Below are positions 30,825 through 39,892 of a DNA stretch of 64,000 nucleotides, piece by piece. The stretch lies in assembly GCA_963720465.1 (NCBI GenBank), contig OY970393.1, forward strand, positions 128,001 to 192,000. The letters are read 5' to 3'. The stretch comes from Methanobacteriota archaeon (GTDB lineage Archaea; Halobacteriota; Bog-38; Methanoflorentales; Methanoflorentaceae). The translations under genes were made by a program, and so were the position numbers. The notes beneath the pieces are model-generated. The model saw nothing but the letters and a program-made list of their open reading frames with translations. It ran no database searches and was not told the DNA's origin. Within the stretch, counting starts at the first letter, position 1. The number at the start of each line of letters is the position of its first letter.

Positions 30825-32102
30825 CTACTGTAGCTTGATACTTTGCACTGGCGTGCTGAGCAAAAATTCACCTTGCTCGATCTTCTTTTTGAGCTCGCGC
30901 GTCAGTTTGTCTGCATTTGATCGATCTGATTGCCTTAGCGTGACTGGAATTTGTAGCCCATTTAGATCAATAGCACCCAGATCACCTTTTAGAGCGCCAT
31001 ACGGGCAAGATGATAAGCAAGCGCCGCACTGTATGCATTCTTTGCGATCAATTCCTTTGTTCGGTGTGAATGCCGCGGTTGGACAATTCTCAGCGACTTG
31101 ACATTCTTTGCAACTCACGCACTCGTTTTTTGAGAACCTTATCCGGCCATATTCGCGCTGCCAGACGTCACTGTATCGTGCATAACCAAGTGAAGTGCGC
31201 CCATTCACATCAACAATTGGCAGGGGGATCTGATCATCTGTCCGGCTTACGTTCTCAAGTATAAACGTATTAAGAATCGGAATTGGGATCGCCCACGAAC
31301 AGAACACGTCAGGCCCTACGGACGTGTTAAAGCCACCCACATATCTTGGGTTCATGCCCTCCAGAGGTGCATATCCTGAAAGGTTCGGTTTCTGGGGGGT
31401 GCTTCGGGTTCCCGTCCCTGTTACGAACCCAACGGCACCGTTAAACAGGGCTTTTGTGCCAACTCCGATAGTTTCGAGCTGAGGGTCTTTCTCCAAAGGA
31501 TTCAGCTCTCCACATCCAGAGAAGCTAGCTTCCTTATACGGTCCTTCGAGACACGTAACAGAAAAAATGGACTTGACGCAAGTGTCGTTAGGGTTAACAA
31601 ACGCATTGTAGTTCTTAAATACGTTGCGAGTAGCTGAGAGCCTCGCAAATTGCATGTCTTCAAGGCTAGTCTGCCCTTGTATATGGAGCCCCGTACTTGT
31701 TAATACGTCAAAGTCGATATCGTTCCCGCTTACAATATCGCGAAAAAGATGGCCGCCGCCATATTTGGTGTCGCTCCGGCTAACCGCCGTACCATAAACC
31801 ATCAAATCAAGCAATCCAAGCCTTTCGTTAGGACACGGTCCAACGAAAGCGGGGACATCATTGAGCCACGCCATTTGGGCCGTCTCAAAAACATTTGGAG
31901 CCGTGGCGCGAAAGGATAGAGTGGCGTATGTTCCGCTCATGATGCCCTTTGTGCCGCAGGTAACAACGTCTACTTCACTGACGTCTTCGTGAGCCCGTAC
32001 CATATTGCAAAACTCGGAAGCAGTACAAACGGTGATCTCTCCGGCTGTTATCTTGGCGTTTATCCCTTCTATGCTTCTTATGCGCACGTTTGATTGTGGC
32101 AC
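30825..32102 (-). CDS. Methanogenesis marker 16 metalloprotein (COG1900 family with 2[4Fe-4S] ferredoxin; candidate ComF-type sulfurtransferase)
   Basis: Motifs VDVVTCGTKGIMSGT, GPCPNERLG, YGGGHLF, SGCGELNP and GTRS, plus two C-terminal CxxCxxCxxxCP motifs. Confidence 0.85.
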   Translation of the reverse strand: MPQSNVRIRSIEGINAKITAGEITVCTASEFCNMVRAHEDVSEVDVVTCGTKGIMSGTYATLSFRATAPNVFETAQMAWLNDVPAFVGPCPNERLGLLDLMVYGTAVSRSDTKYGGGHLFRDIVSGNDIDFDVLTSTGLHIQGQTSLEDMQFARLSATRNVFKNYNAFVNPNDTCVKSIFSVTCLEGPYKEASFSGCGELNPLEKDPQLETIGVGTKALFNGAVGFVTGTGTRSTPQKPNLSGYAPLEGMNPRYVGGFNTSVGPDVFCSWAIPIPILNTFILENVSRTDDQIPLPIVDVNGRTSLGYARYSDVWQREYGRIRFSKNECVSCKECQVAENCPTAAFTPNKGIDRKECIQCGACLSSCPYGALKGDLGAIDLNGLQIPVTLRQSDRSNADKLTRELKKKIEQGEFLLSTPVQSIKLQ

Positions 32103-32121
32103 TAAATTTTATGGCTTCGGC

Positions 32122-34461
32122 TTAAGGCGCTGCGAGCTCTTCTTTCATCTCTCCAGTTTCTTTGATCTTGCCATCAAACTGCATGAGACGCTTGTGCAAG
32201 CCCACAAAGTGCGGGATGTAAACGCGGTAAATCTTTAGTCGCGCGGGATCAATCCCACGCTGTACTACTTTCTTGCTCAAATCGTTGAGCCGCGTTTCGA
32301 CACTTTCGAAGTTTTCACCGCAACTCTCGGCTTCGAACCCTTGTCCGATAAAAACGCCATCAGCGCCCAATTGGAACGCCAGGTCTATGTGTTGAGGCGC
32401 GAGTCTCAACACTGATGGCACACTTATGATCCGAATAGAAGGGGGGTAGCGGAGCCGTGCTGCGCCAATATTGTCAGCTGCTGCGTACCCAATTCTTGTG
32501 TCTAGGAACGCTATGTTCCTTATCTCTTTTTCGCGCTTACCTGCAAGGACCCCGCGTATGGAAGCTTCAAGTTGGGCTTCTGTACACCCGTGCAAATCAA
32601 GGGCTGCAGTAGGGCAAACGTGTACACACGCGCCGCCACCGGTGCAGAGCATCGGATCGACCGTCGCTCTGCGATCAACCATCTTTATGGCATTGTTCTT
32701 GCACTGCCGTACACACATACCGCAGCCATTGCAGCTATCCTTAACGAAGGCTGAAAGCGGTTCTATTGATACGTAGTCCTGACCAACAAGCGATAGCGCT
32801 TCGAGAGCGGCTGCATCGGCTTGTAAAACGCTATAGGTGATATCTTTGGGACCTTGGGCGGTGCCGCATACATAGATCCCTTTAATGTTTGTACTAGCGC
32901 CTTCAAGTTTTGGGTGTTTTTCCCTCACGAAAAAGTCATCACCTAGTTCGATACCGAGTGTCTCTCCAACTTGAACCGTCCCCTGAGAGGGCTTAATACC
33001 CGTCGAAAGGACCACCAAGTCCGCATCGAGTTCGAGGCACTGTCCACGCAACGTATCTTCAGCGCTTACGTACAATTTGCCCCCTTTACGCTTCACGTCA
33101 CTCGCACGTCCGCGGATAAATTTTACACCTTTCTCTTGCACGTGCCTATAGTAGTTTTCATAGATTCCCGGGGCTCGAATGTCTGTATAAAGCACTGTTA
33201 TGTCAGTTCCCGGAAAATAGTCAGTGATGTAGTTAGCGTGTTTAAGGGCGACCATACAACAAACGGAAGAGCAATACGGCAATCCGTGCGGCTTTTCGTC
33301 CCTCGACCCGACGCATTGTATCATCACTATTCGCTTTGGCGTTTTGCCGTCTGAAGGTCTTAAGAGTTCACCGTTTGTGGGCCCATTTACGCCAATTATC
33401 CGAGCGAGCTCTAACTGGGTAACAACGTCTTTAAAACGACCATAGCCATATTCAGGCCGCAAACTTGGATCGAACTCATCATGGCCCGTTGCTACGACGA
33501 TCGCGCCGACTTCTATTTTCCTAAGAGAAGGCTTGGCTTCGAGCTCAATTGCGTCGGACTTGCAGGCCTTGATGCATTTACCACATTTGACGCAGTGCTC
33601 TGCATCTATCGTATACCTATCAGGTACGGCCTGTGGAAAAGGTTTATAGATGGCTTTTCTTTTTCGTGTGTTGGCGTTCCACCAATCTGGCACTTCGATT
33701 GGACAAACAGTCGCACACTCCCCGCAGCTTGTACATCGTTCACTAACGCTTTGTGGTTTGATTTTGACGTCGACGTTGAAGTGACCAGCAGTTCCGTTTA
33801 TGTTGGCAATTTCAGCGTCAGTTAGGAGCTCGATTTCGTGGTTCTCGTAAACATCGTTCATTAACGGGCTGAGTGAGCACATCGCACACTCTTCCACCAT
33901 CTTGTGTGGTGAAAATACTTTTCCGATTCTTACCGTGTTGCCTCCAATAGAGGGCTCCTTTTCAACCAGATACGTTTTTACGCCATTTTGTGCCAAGGCG
34001 AGCGCTGCGGTGATTCCTGCGATGCCACCGCCTACAACGAGAGTGGCGTTGGTAACGTCAACACGAAACTCAGAAAGGGATTCCGCGTGCTCGAGCCGTT
34101 GTAGAGAAGCATTGATAAGGTCGCGCGCTTTCTTGGTAGCGCTCTTTCTGTCATCGGTGACCCACGAACATTGTTCCCTAATATTTGTGATCTCAAGAAG
34201 ATACGGATTAAGGCCTGCATCGCGCATACAGCCCCTGAAGGTCTGACCGTGATTGTTAGGCGAACAAGAAGCGATCACAACGCCATCGAGGTTGTGTTTG
34301 CGAATGGATTTCTTGATCTTCTGCTGGCCTTGTAGCGAACAGAGGTGTTGATCAGAGTCTACAACGTTGGTGCGTTTGAAATCCTTGTCTAACCTATCAA
34401 TATCGATTGAGTTTGAGATGTTTCCATCGCATCGACATAAGAAGACTCCGAATTTCGACAC
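32122..34461 (-). CDS. hdrA: HdrA-like flavoprotein with a fused, Cys-less MvhD-like C-terminal domain
   Basis: Motifs GVFLCRC, CSP, NIREQCSW, GGGIAG, IQCVGSRD, YCSSVCC, QGPKDI and ferredoxin motifs; C-terminal YAAAD.IG..RLRYP..IRII...GADGV. GTG 34461 follows GGAGG. Confidence 0.92.
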   Translation of the reverse strand: MSKFGVFLCRCDGNISNSIDIDRLDKDFKRTNVVDSDQHLCSLQGQQKIKKSIRKHNLDGVVIASCSPNNHGQTFRGCMRDAGLNPYLLEITNIREQCSWVTDDRKSATKKARDLINASLQRLEHAESLSEFRVDVTNATLVVGGGIAGITAALALAQNGVKTYLVEKEPSIGGNTVRIGKVFSPHKMVEECAMCSLSPLMNDVYENHEIELLTDAEIANINGTAGHFNVDVKIKPQSVSERCTSCGECATVCPIEVPDWWNANTRKRKAIYKPFPQAVPDRYTIDAEHCVKCGKCIKACKSDAIELEAKPSLRKIEVGAIVVATGHDEFDPSLRPEYGYGRFKDVVTQLELARIIGVNGPTNGELLRPSDGKTPKRIVMIQCVGSRDEKPHGLPYCSSVCCMVALKHANYITDYFPGTDITVLYTDIRAPGIYENYYRHVQEKGVKFIRGRASDVKRKGGKLYVSAEDTLRGQCLELDADLVVLSTGIKPSQGTVQVGETLGIELGDDFFVREKHPKLEGASTNIKGIYVCGTAQGPKDITYSVLQADAAALEALSLVGQDYVSIEPLSAFVKDSCNGCGMCVRQCKNNAIKMVDRRATVDPMLCTGGGACVHVCPTAALDLHGCTEAQLEASIRGVLAGKREKEIRNIAFLDTRIGYAAADNIGAARLRYPPSIRIISVPSVLRLAPQHIDLAFQLGADGVFIGQGFEAESCGENFESVETRLNDLSKKVVQRGIDPARLKIYRVYIPHFVGLHKRLMQFDGKIKETGEMKEELAAP

Positions 34462-34462
34462 T

Positions 34463-35392
34463 TCAAACGGCCTCCATCTTTTCAATAAGTGGAGCTACAT
34501 CGATCGTCGAAAATTGAAGGCATGCGTCTCTTGATTTATCGGCTCCGAGTAACAATGCTACGAGTTGTGATACGTTTAACACAGGTACAAGGCGATTGAA
34601 TCGTTCTTCGAACTGGCGCTGAAATCTATCGAGAATTAATTGGCAGCCAGCACACATCGTCACGATAAGGTCGGGCTCTTCAGCAAGTACGCTCTCGAGC
34701 TTTCTAAAGCTTGTTGATTCTGTGTACTCGTCTACGTCGATAAGGTGCGAAAAACCGAGACCACAGCACGAAGATCGTTCAGAATAATCAACGAGTGTCG
34801 CTGAGAAAGCCGCACATATTTCATCCAGCAAGGTAGGATACTCCCACAACCCGCCAGTCACCTCGTCGTAAAATACTTTTGTATAATGGCACCCGTGATG
34901 CGTTGCTATGTTAACCTTAGAGAGAGAGAATTTCGCGCGCTCCGCGAGGATTTCTTTCAGACTATAAAGCACCTCAGCAGCGTGATAGACCGTTACGCCT
35001 CCTTTGTACTCGTAGTTCACTGCTTTCAAAACGTCGTTTATCGCTGCCCGCGTCTTGTTGTCGTTAAGTTCACCAATACACTCCTTTAGATTCGCGTATG
35101 ACGTGGGGCACGTGCAGACGACATTGGTGTACCCGGAATTGTATGCAAGCGCAAGATTTCTGGCATTAAGACTGAGATTGGCCTCAGGAGGAACCGCACC
35201 GCAGTGCCCCGCAAATCCGGTGCACGACGATTGGTTCGGATCATCGAAGTAGTCAACGTTCAAAGAATTCAGTATGAATCTGAACGATCGTTCTATGCCT
35301 GGGTAGAAAGTCCCTGCGACACAACTCTTGAAGAGGTACAAGCGTTGAGGCAGCTTGGTGGAAGACGTTAAGACTAGCGGATTAGTGGTCGT
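34463..35392 (-). CDS. hdrB: HdrB-like CCG-domain protein; start uncertain (ACG at 35392 or TTG at 35341)
   Basis: Motifs FKSC, QSSCTG, CTCPTS, HHGCH, CCGLG, MCAGC..LD and SQLVAL. Confidence 0.85.
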   Translation of the reverse strand, partial: TTTNPLVLTSSTKLPQRLYLFKSCVAGTFYPGIERSFRFILNSLNVDYFDDPNQSSCTGFAGHCGAVPPEANLSLNARNLALAYNSGYTNVVCTCPTSYANLKECIGELNDNKTRAAINDVLKAVNYEYKGGVTVYHAAEVLYSLKEILAERAKFSLSKVNIATHHGCHYTKVFYDEVTGGLWEYPTLLDEICAAFSATLVDYSERSSCCGLGFSHLIDVDEYTESTSFRKLESVLAEEPDLIVTMCAGCQLILDRFQRQFEERFNRLVPVLNVSQLVALLLGADKSRDACLQFSTIDVAPLIEKMEAV

Positions 35393-35973
35393 TTAAAAGC
35401 CCCCCTTTGTTGCAGGTTAATTTCAAAATGGTCCTAATCTCTTTGAGAGCTTTAGCTGGGACAGGTACGTCTCGAGAGTTTCGGGGAGGCAGTCCCAGCT
35501 CAACTCTCAGCGTTGTGATCTTATTATGGTCGACAAGTTTGCTCAACAAGCCAAGGTCGTGGTCGAACAATTCAGGTGAAACGGTCACGCCATTACTTTC
35601 TAAAGATTGAAACAGCAAAGAAGCTTTTTTGTAGATCTCATCCGGTGCGTATCCCTCTTTGAACGCTTTGTTTCTCGCGTTGAGTATTATGGACGCCGGA
35701 GTGTTATTTCGAGGACACCGAGAATTGCAGGTGTAACACTGACCGCAAAGCCAGATAAGCGGGTCTTTCGCAAGCTCCTCTGCTGAGCACTCTTGCGCAC
35801 GCCTAACGATCTCACGAGGGCTGTAGTCCTCGAATACTTTTGCAGCTGGGCATCCTGCTGTACATCGCCCACATTGTAGGCACTTAATCAGATTTTCCTT
35901 TTTTGTACAAAAACTCAAAAGTGGGTGATTCAGGACTGAAAACTTCTTTTTCTGATTCTTTTTCTCGATTCAC
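35382..35973 (-). CDS. hdrC: HdrC-like 2[4Fe-4S] protein; probable +1 frameshift in an A6 run near 35900 (alternative start TTG 35918)
   Basis: CLQCGRCTAGCP and WLCGQCYTCNSRCPR motifs. An upstream GTG frame (MNREKESEKEVFSPESPTFEFLYKK) joins if one A is removed. Confidence 0.85.
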
Positions 35974-36124
35974 GACAATCAAACTATTTTTTATGAATAA
36001 TTCTATATATAATTATGCAAAAATAGAAAAAGATTGCCTATATGTATCAAATGACAGCCATTTTTTTGTACAATGCTACAACAACGAGGTAAACTTAAAT
36101 AAAAACAGAAGCTAAAATGTATTT

Positions 36125-37417
36125 GTGGACATAAATAGCTCGGCGCCGAAACATTATAAAATTATCTGCTTGGGCTGTCACGCTGACATTTCTGGCGCGG
36201 GTTACGCCTTGCGTTGCGATTGCGATCACGCGCTTTTGCGCACGGTTTACCAGGACCATCGATTGGCAGTTACTGCGGAAGAAAGTATGTGGCGGTTTTC
36301 TGCGTGGCTGCCAACCGTAGGCAAATTGCCAACTTGCGGCCGGTCCGTTACGTACAAGAGCGAGGCGTTTGCGCGAGAGCTTGGACTGAGCGACCTATTC
36401 ATCAGTTTCAACGGATACTGGCCTGAAAACAACGCGTTCTTGGAGACGTGCAGCTTTAAAGAGCTTGAGTCGCCACCGACCGTGCAACGGGCTGTCGAGA
36501 ACAGGGTAAAAACACTGGTCGTCTCTTCGGTCGGCAACACAGCACGCGCTTTCGCGCACACAGTGTCCACGACTACTACCGATCTTAAGCTGGTTCTCGT
36601 CGGGTTGGAAAGCGCCATAGGAAAGTTGTGGCTCCCTGAGCCGCCTTCTGAGAGTATTACCCTAGTCGTGCTTCAGCGGGGAAATGATTATTCAGACGCT
36701 ATTGCGCTGGGTGACAGGCTCGCAGCATTACCGGGACTGACACAAGAAGGGGGAGCTATGAACGTCGCACGGCGTGACGGTATGGGCACGGTAATGCTTG
36801 AAGCTGCCGTTACCATCGGAAGAGCACCAGATCATTATTTTCAAGCAGTTGGCAGTGGAACGGGTGGAATTGCCGCCTGGGAGGCCTCGTTGCGTCTTAA
36901 ACAGGACGGCAGGTTTTTGAACGGCCCGCTTCCGAAATTGCATTTGTCCCAGAACTTGCCGTTTGCACCGATGGTCAATGCCTGGAACGCGAATAGAAGG
37001 ACTATCGAACCATCGATCGACATGCCCGACGCCAAGAAATCTATCGAAAAAATTCACGCGGATGTCTTATCGAACAGAAATCCCGCATATTCGGTCAAAG
37101 GCGGGGTGTTTGACGCTCTGAAGAGCACGAAAGGCCAGATGTATGCCGTGTCAAACGTTGAGGCGCGCCGCGCCGCACGTCTCTTTGAAGAGCTTGAAGG
37201 CGTAGACATTGTACCAGCAGCAGCAGTTGCTGCAGCGTCGCTGATGCAAGCGGTTGCACGCGGAGGCATGAATGATTCTGATGTGGTGCTTCTTAACGTG
37301 ACTGGGGGCGGCGTGCAAAATCTAGAAGAGGATAGAGACTGCTACCAGATTAAGTCCGACATTCGCTTGGCAACCCCAGAGGCGGACCTTGGCGAATTGC
37401 AAGAAGCGCTGATGTAG
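36125..37417 (+). CDS. Cysteate synthase
   Basis: ThrC-fold with family motifs FNGYWPE, TCSFKELE, NVARRDGMGT, YFQAVGSGTG, SQNLPF.P, LSNRNP.Y and LNVTGGG; adjacent to comDE. Confidence 0.92.
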   Translation: MDINSSAPKHYKIICLGCHADISGAGYALRCDCDHALLRTVYQDHRLAVTAEESMWRFSAWLPTVGKLPTCGRSVTYKSEAFARELGLSDLFISFNGYWPENNAFLETCSFKELESPPTVQRAVENRVKTLVVSSVGNTARAFAHTVSTTTTDLKLVLVGLESAIGKLWLPEPPSESITLVVLQRGNDYSDAIALGDRLAALPGLTQEGGAMNVARRDGMGTVMLEAAVTIGRAPDHYFQAVGSGTGGIAAWEASLRLKQDGRFLNGPLPKLHLSQNLPFAPMVNAWNANRRTIEPSIDMPDAKKSIEKIHADVLSNRNPAYSVKGGVFDALKSTKGQMYAVSNVEARRAARLFEELEGVDIVPAAAVAAASLMQAVARGGMNDSDVVLLNVTGGGVQNLEEDRDCYQIKSDIRLATPEADLGELQEALM

Positions 37418-37427
37418 AGGGACGACG

Positions 37428-38579
37428 ATGACTCCGGAAGAAGAAACCGTCAAGCTCTTCGAGCAAAACGACATTGACCTTGTAGCCACGCTGCCGTGCG
37501 ACAGGTTGAAGAACTTACTGCCTCTCGTAAGCAAGCGCTTTTTTGAGGTTCCGCTTACGAGGGAGGAAGATGGCATCGGAATCTGTGCCGGCGCGTTTCT
37601 CGCAGGAGCCAAACCGCTGATGCTGATTCAAAGCACCGGCATCGGCAACTTGCTGAACGCCTTATCGTCGCTCAATTTTACGTATGAACTTCCATTGCCG
37701 ATTGTAGCTAGCTGGCGCGGAGTCTATCAGGAAGGTATTCCCGCCCAGGTGTATTGGGGGACTCACATTGAGGCAGTGTTACACGCATTAGACGTCGCAA
37801 CTTATGAGGTTCACACTAGTGACGACCTGCCGGTTGTGGGTCAGGCTATACAGCAGTCGTTTCGCACAAACTTGCCGGTGGTCGTGCTCATCTCTCCCGA
37901 GTTGTGGCAGTGCACGCTCCCAGACGCATTTTTGCAACTGGGAGATGACAAACAAGACTTCTTGGAAAAGCAGAGGGATAAAAGATCAACAGCGGCTTTG
38001 TCGTTGGCAGCTCGGGCTGAGTGTCCTGCAATGACCCGCTATCAAGCGATCGAAGCGGCCGTTCCTTACCTCCGAGGGCGGACAGTGGTCTGCAATTTAG
38101 GTGTGCCGTGCAAGGAGCTGTATGCTCTGTGCGATCAACCGAGCAACTTTTATATGCTCGGAAGTATGGGTTTAGCTTCTTCGATCGGACTTGGCATTTC
38201 TCTTTATAGCAAAGGCGAAGTTGTTGTGCTCGACGGAGATGGAAGCCTCTTGATGAATCCGAATGCTATGTGCAGTATCGCTCAAGAGGCACGAGACAAT
38301 TTAACTGTTGTGGCTCTTGACAACGGCACGTATGGCTCTACCGGAGATCAGTGTACTGCAAGTCAAAAGCTTGACTTGGAGTTTCTGGCGCGAGGTTTTG
38401 GGATCGAACACACAACTAAAGTATACACTGCAGAGGATGTGCTCACAGCATTGCAGCTCCAGACAGGTCCTAAGCTAATTCACGTCGTAATAAAGCCAGG
38501 GAATGCCAACGTTCCGGATTTACCCTGTTCGGCGGCTGAGATCAAAGGGCGTTTTATGGCACATTTGCGCGGTGGGTAG
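37428..38579 (+). CDS. comDE: Sulfopyruvate decarboxylase, fused alpha/beta subunits
   Basis: ComD motifs TLPCD, REEDGIG and QSTGIGN; ComE motifs NLGVPCKEL, FYMLGSMG, DGDGSLLM and DNGTYGSTGDQ. Confidence 0.93.
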   Translation: MTPEEETVKLFEQNDIDLVATLPCDRLKNLLPLVSKRFFEVPLTREEDGIGICAGAFLAGAKPLMLIQSTGIGNLLNALSSLNFTYELPLPIVASWRGVYQEGIPAQVYWGTHIEAVLHALDVATYEVHTSDDLPVVGQAIQQSFRTNLPVVVLISPELWQCTLPDAFLQLGDDKQDFLEKQRDKRSTAALSLAARAECPAMTRYQAIEAAVPYLRGRTVVCNLGVPCKELYALCDQPSNFYMLGSMGLASSIGLGISLYSKGEVVVLDGDGSLLMNPNAMCSIAQEARDNLTVVALDNGTYGSTGDQCTASQKLDLEFLARGFGIEHTTKVYTAEDVLTALQLQTGPKLIHVVIKPGNANVPDLPCSAAEIKGRFMAHLRGG

Positions 38580-39044
38580 TCGAAAAGGCTCCTGTCTCGG
38601 AGCGCTCATCTATTCTTTGATGGCTGTTCGGCGCCGTTCGGCAGTCGGTGCCTGCTGAGAGGCTAAAAAATCCCTATTAGCTGCGATACTAAGAATATGG
38701 AGACAGTTTTTCGCAAACACTGTTGCCATGAAATCTAGCATCTTATGCTGCCACTCCACTATATCAGTACGGGACCATAAATCACAAAAGCGATAAAAGC
38801 ATCTCGAACGCGGTTCCCGGCCAAGGTGTGCACCGCTGGTTTCCTTTTTTTGTTCCGTAACCCCTTGAACTTATTATCTTTTTCGATTTAGAGTGCTTAG
38901 TGGACTTGAATCTCTAAACGACGCAAACCACGATGGACTGACGGCCGCAAAACACCTCTCACGCGGCCGATACGTTTAAGCTGCATTGAAACTGTCTTAC
39001 GTATTTGTTTTAGTTGTCGGGAAGATGAGAAAACGGGTATAGGG

Positions 39045-39281
39045 TTGACCGTAGCAGGTTTGGCACTAACGTTGGTATATTTCGTAGTCGTCGGTTTTAT
39101 CGCCCTGATCTGCCTGATTATTTTTTGGCCGTTAGGGATAATTGTAGGTGTATGCTGGCTAGCGGCGAATTTCGTCAGTCTGATGGTCGCCTTCACCTAC
39201 TGTCTGTGTAGATTTCGAGCACAGAAATCGCAAGTTTCTCTGCATCGTGTGCGCACATCACTTGCTGCAACACTTCAATAA
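39045..39281 (+). CDS. Small hydrophobic protein
   Basis: Two TM-like segments (GFIALICLIIFWPLGIIVGVCW). Confidence 0.35.
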   Translation: MTVAGLALTLVYFVVVGFIALICLIIFWPLGIIVGVCWLAANFVSLMVAFTYCLCRFRAQKSQVSLHRVRTSLAATLQ

Positions 39282-39349
39282 TCTGGCGCAGGGTTGGCTC
39301 TCCATCACTTTGCGCGTCTGGGCGCCTACGCGGCTGAGTTAGAACGACA

Positions 39350-39715
39350 TCATAAATGTGCGAGGGTCTGGGCAAGCTGTTCTTTTAGCTCGAGCGCAAA
39401 CGTTCGTAAATACGACCCTTCAAGCCGTTCGGCTCTGCCTAGACAGTAGCTGCATGCTGCGCCGTGAATGACCACGTACCGTAGTTTAGCGTCTAGCCTA
39501 GCCCGTTCAACGCTTTCTAGTAGTTCTTCCAGCGGTATTGTGTGAATGTAGGCAGCAAAGAGATTGTAGATAGCCTGTTTCTTGTCGGCTGTATAGGTCG
39601 GGGGATGGATTGCTTGCACACAGATGAATTTGCTCGATCCGTTATAATGCAGCTGCAAGAACGTGCCGAAAGTGAAAGGAAAAAAGAGGCGCTTCTCTGC
39701 GCGGCAGCAGCTCAA
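39350..39715 (-). CDS. Hypothetical protein, start uncertain
   Basis: Protein-like C-terminal half (IPLEELLESVERARLD...ACSYC...ELKEQLAQ). Confidence 0.4.
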   Translation of the reverse strand: MSCCRAEKRLFFPFTFGTFLQLHYNGSSKFICVQAIHPPTYTADKKQAIYNLFAAYIHTIPLEELLESVERARLDAKLRYVVIHGAACSYCLGRAERLEGSYLRTFALELKEQLAQTLAHL

Positions 39716-39892
39716 AACTCTACTTGAACTGCTAATTTAGAAACCGGCAAATCCCATCGAAACATAAAATATGACCAAGACGGGGGCTTCTGCAACTTGT
39801 GCCGCATGTCTTTCTTGTTTTGCTGAAAGTCGTAGAGTTTGTTGTGGTGCACGATCAAAATGAACATTTATCTCGTGACGTAATGCGAGACT

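Noticed and set aside
35899-36072. TTTTTTGTACAA repeated near 35900 and 36062 around the divergent hdrC/cysteate synthase promoter
   Set aside because: AT-rich and short, and one copy is probably inside hdrC coding sequence; insufficient for an operator call.
38790-38860. GC-rich segment followed by a T-tract, a possible small RNA or att remnant at the island's left edge
   Set aside because: No match to the window's tRNAs and no clear stable fold by eye.
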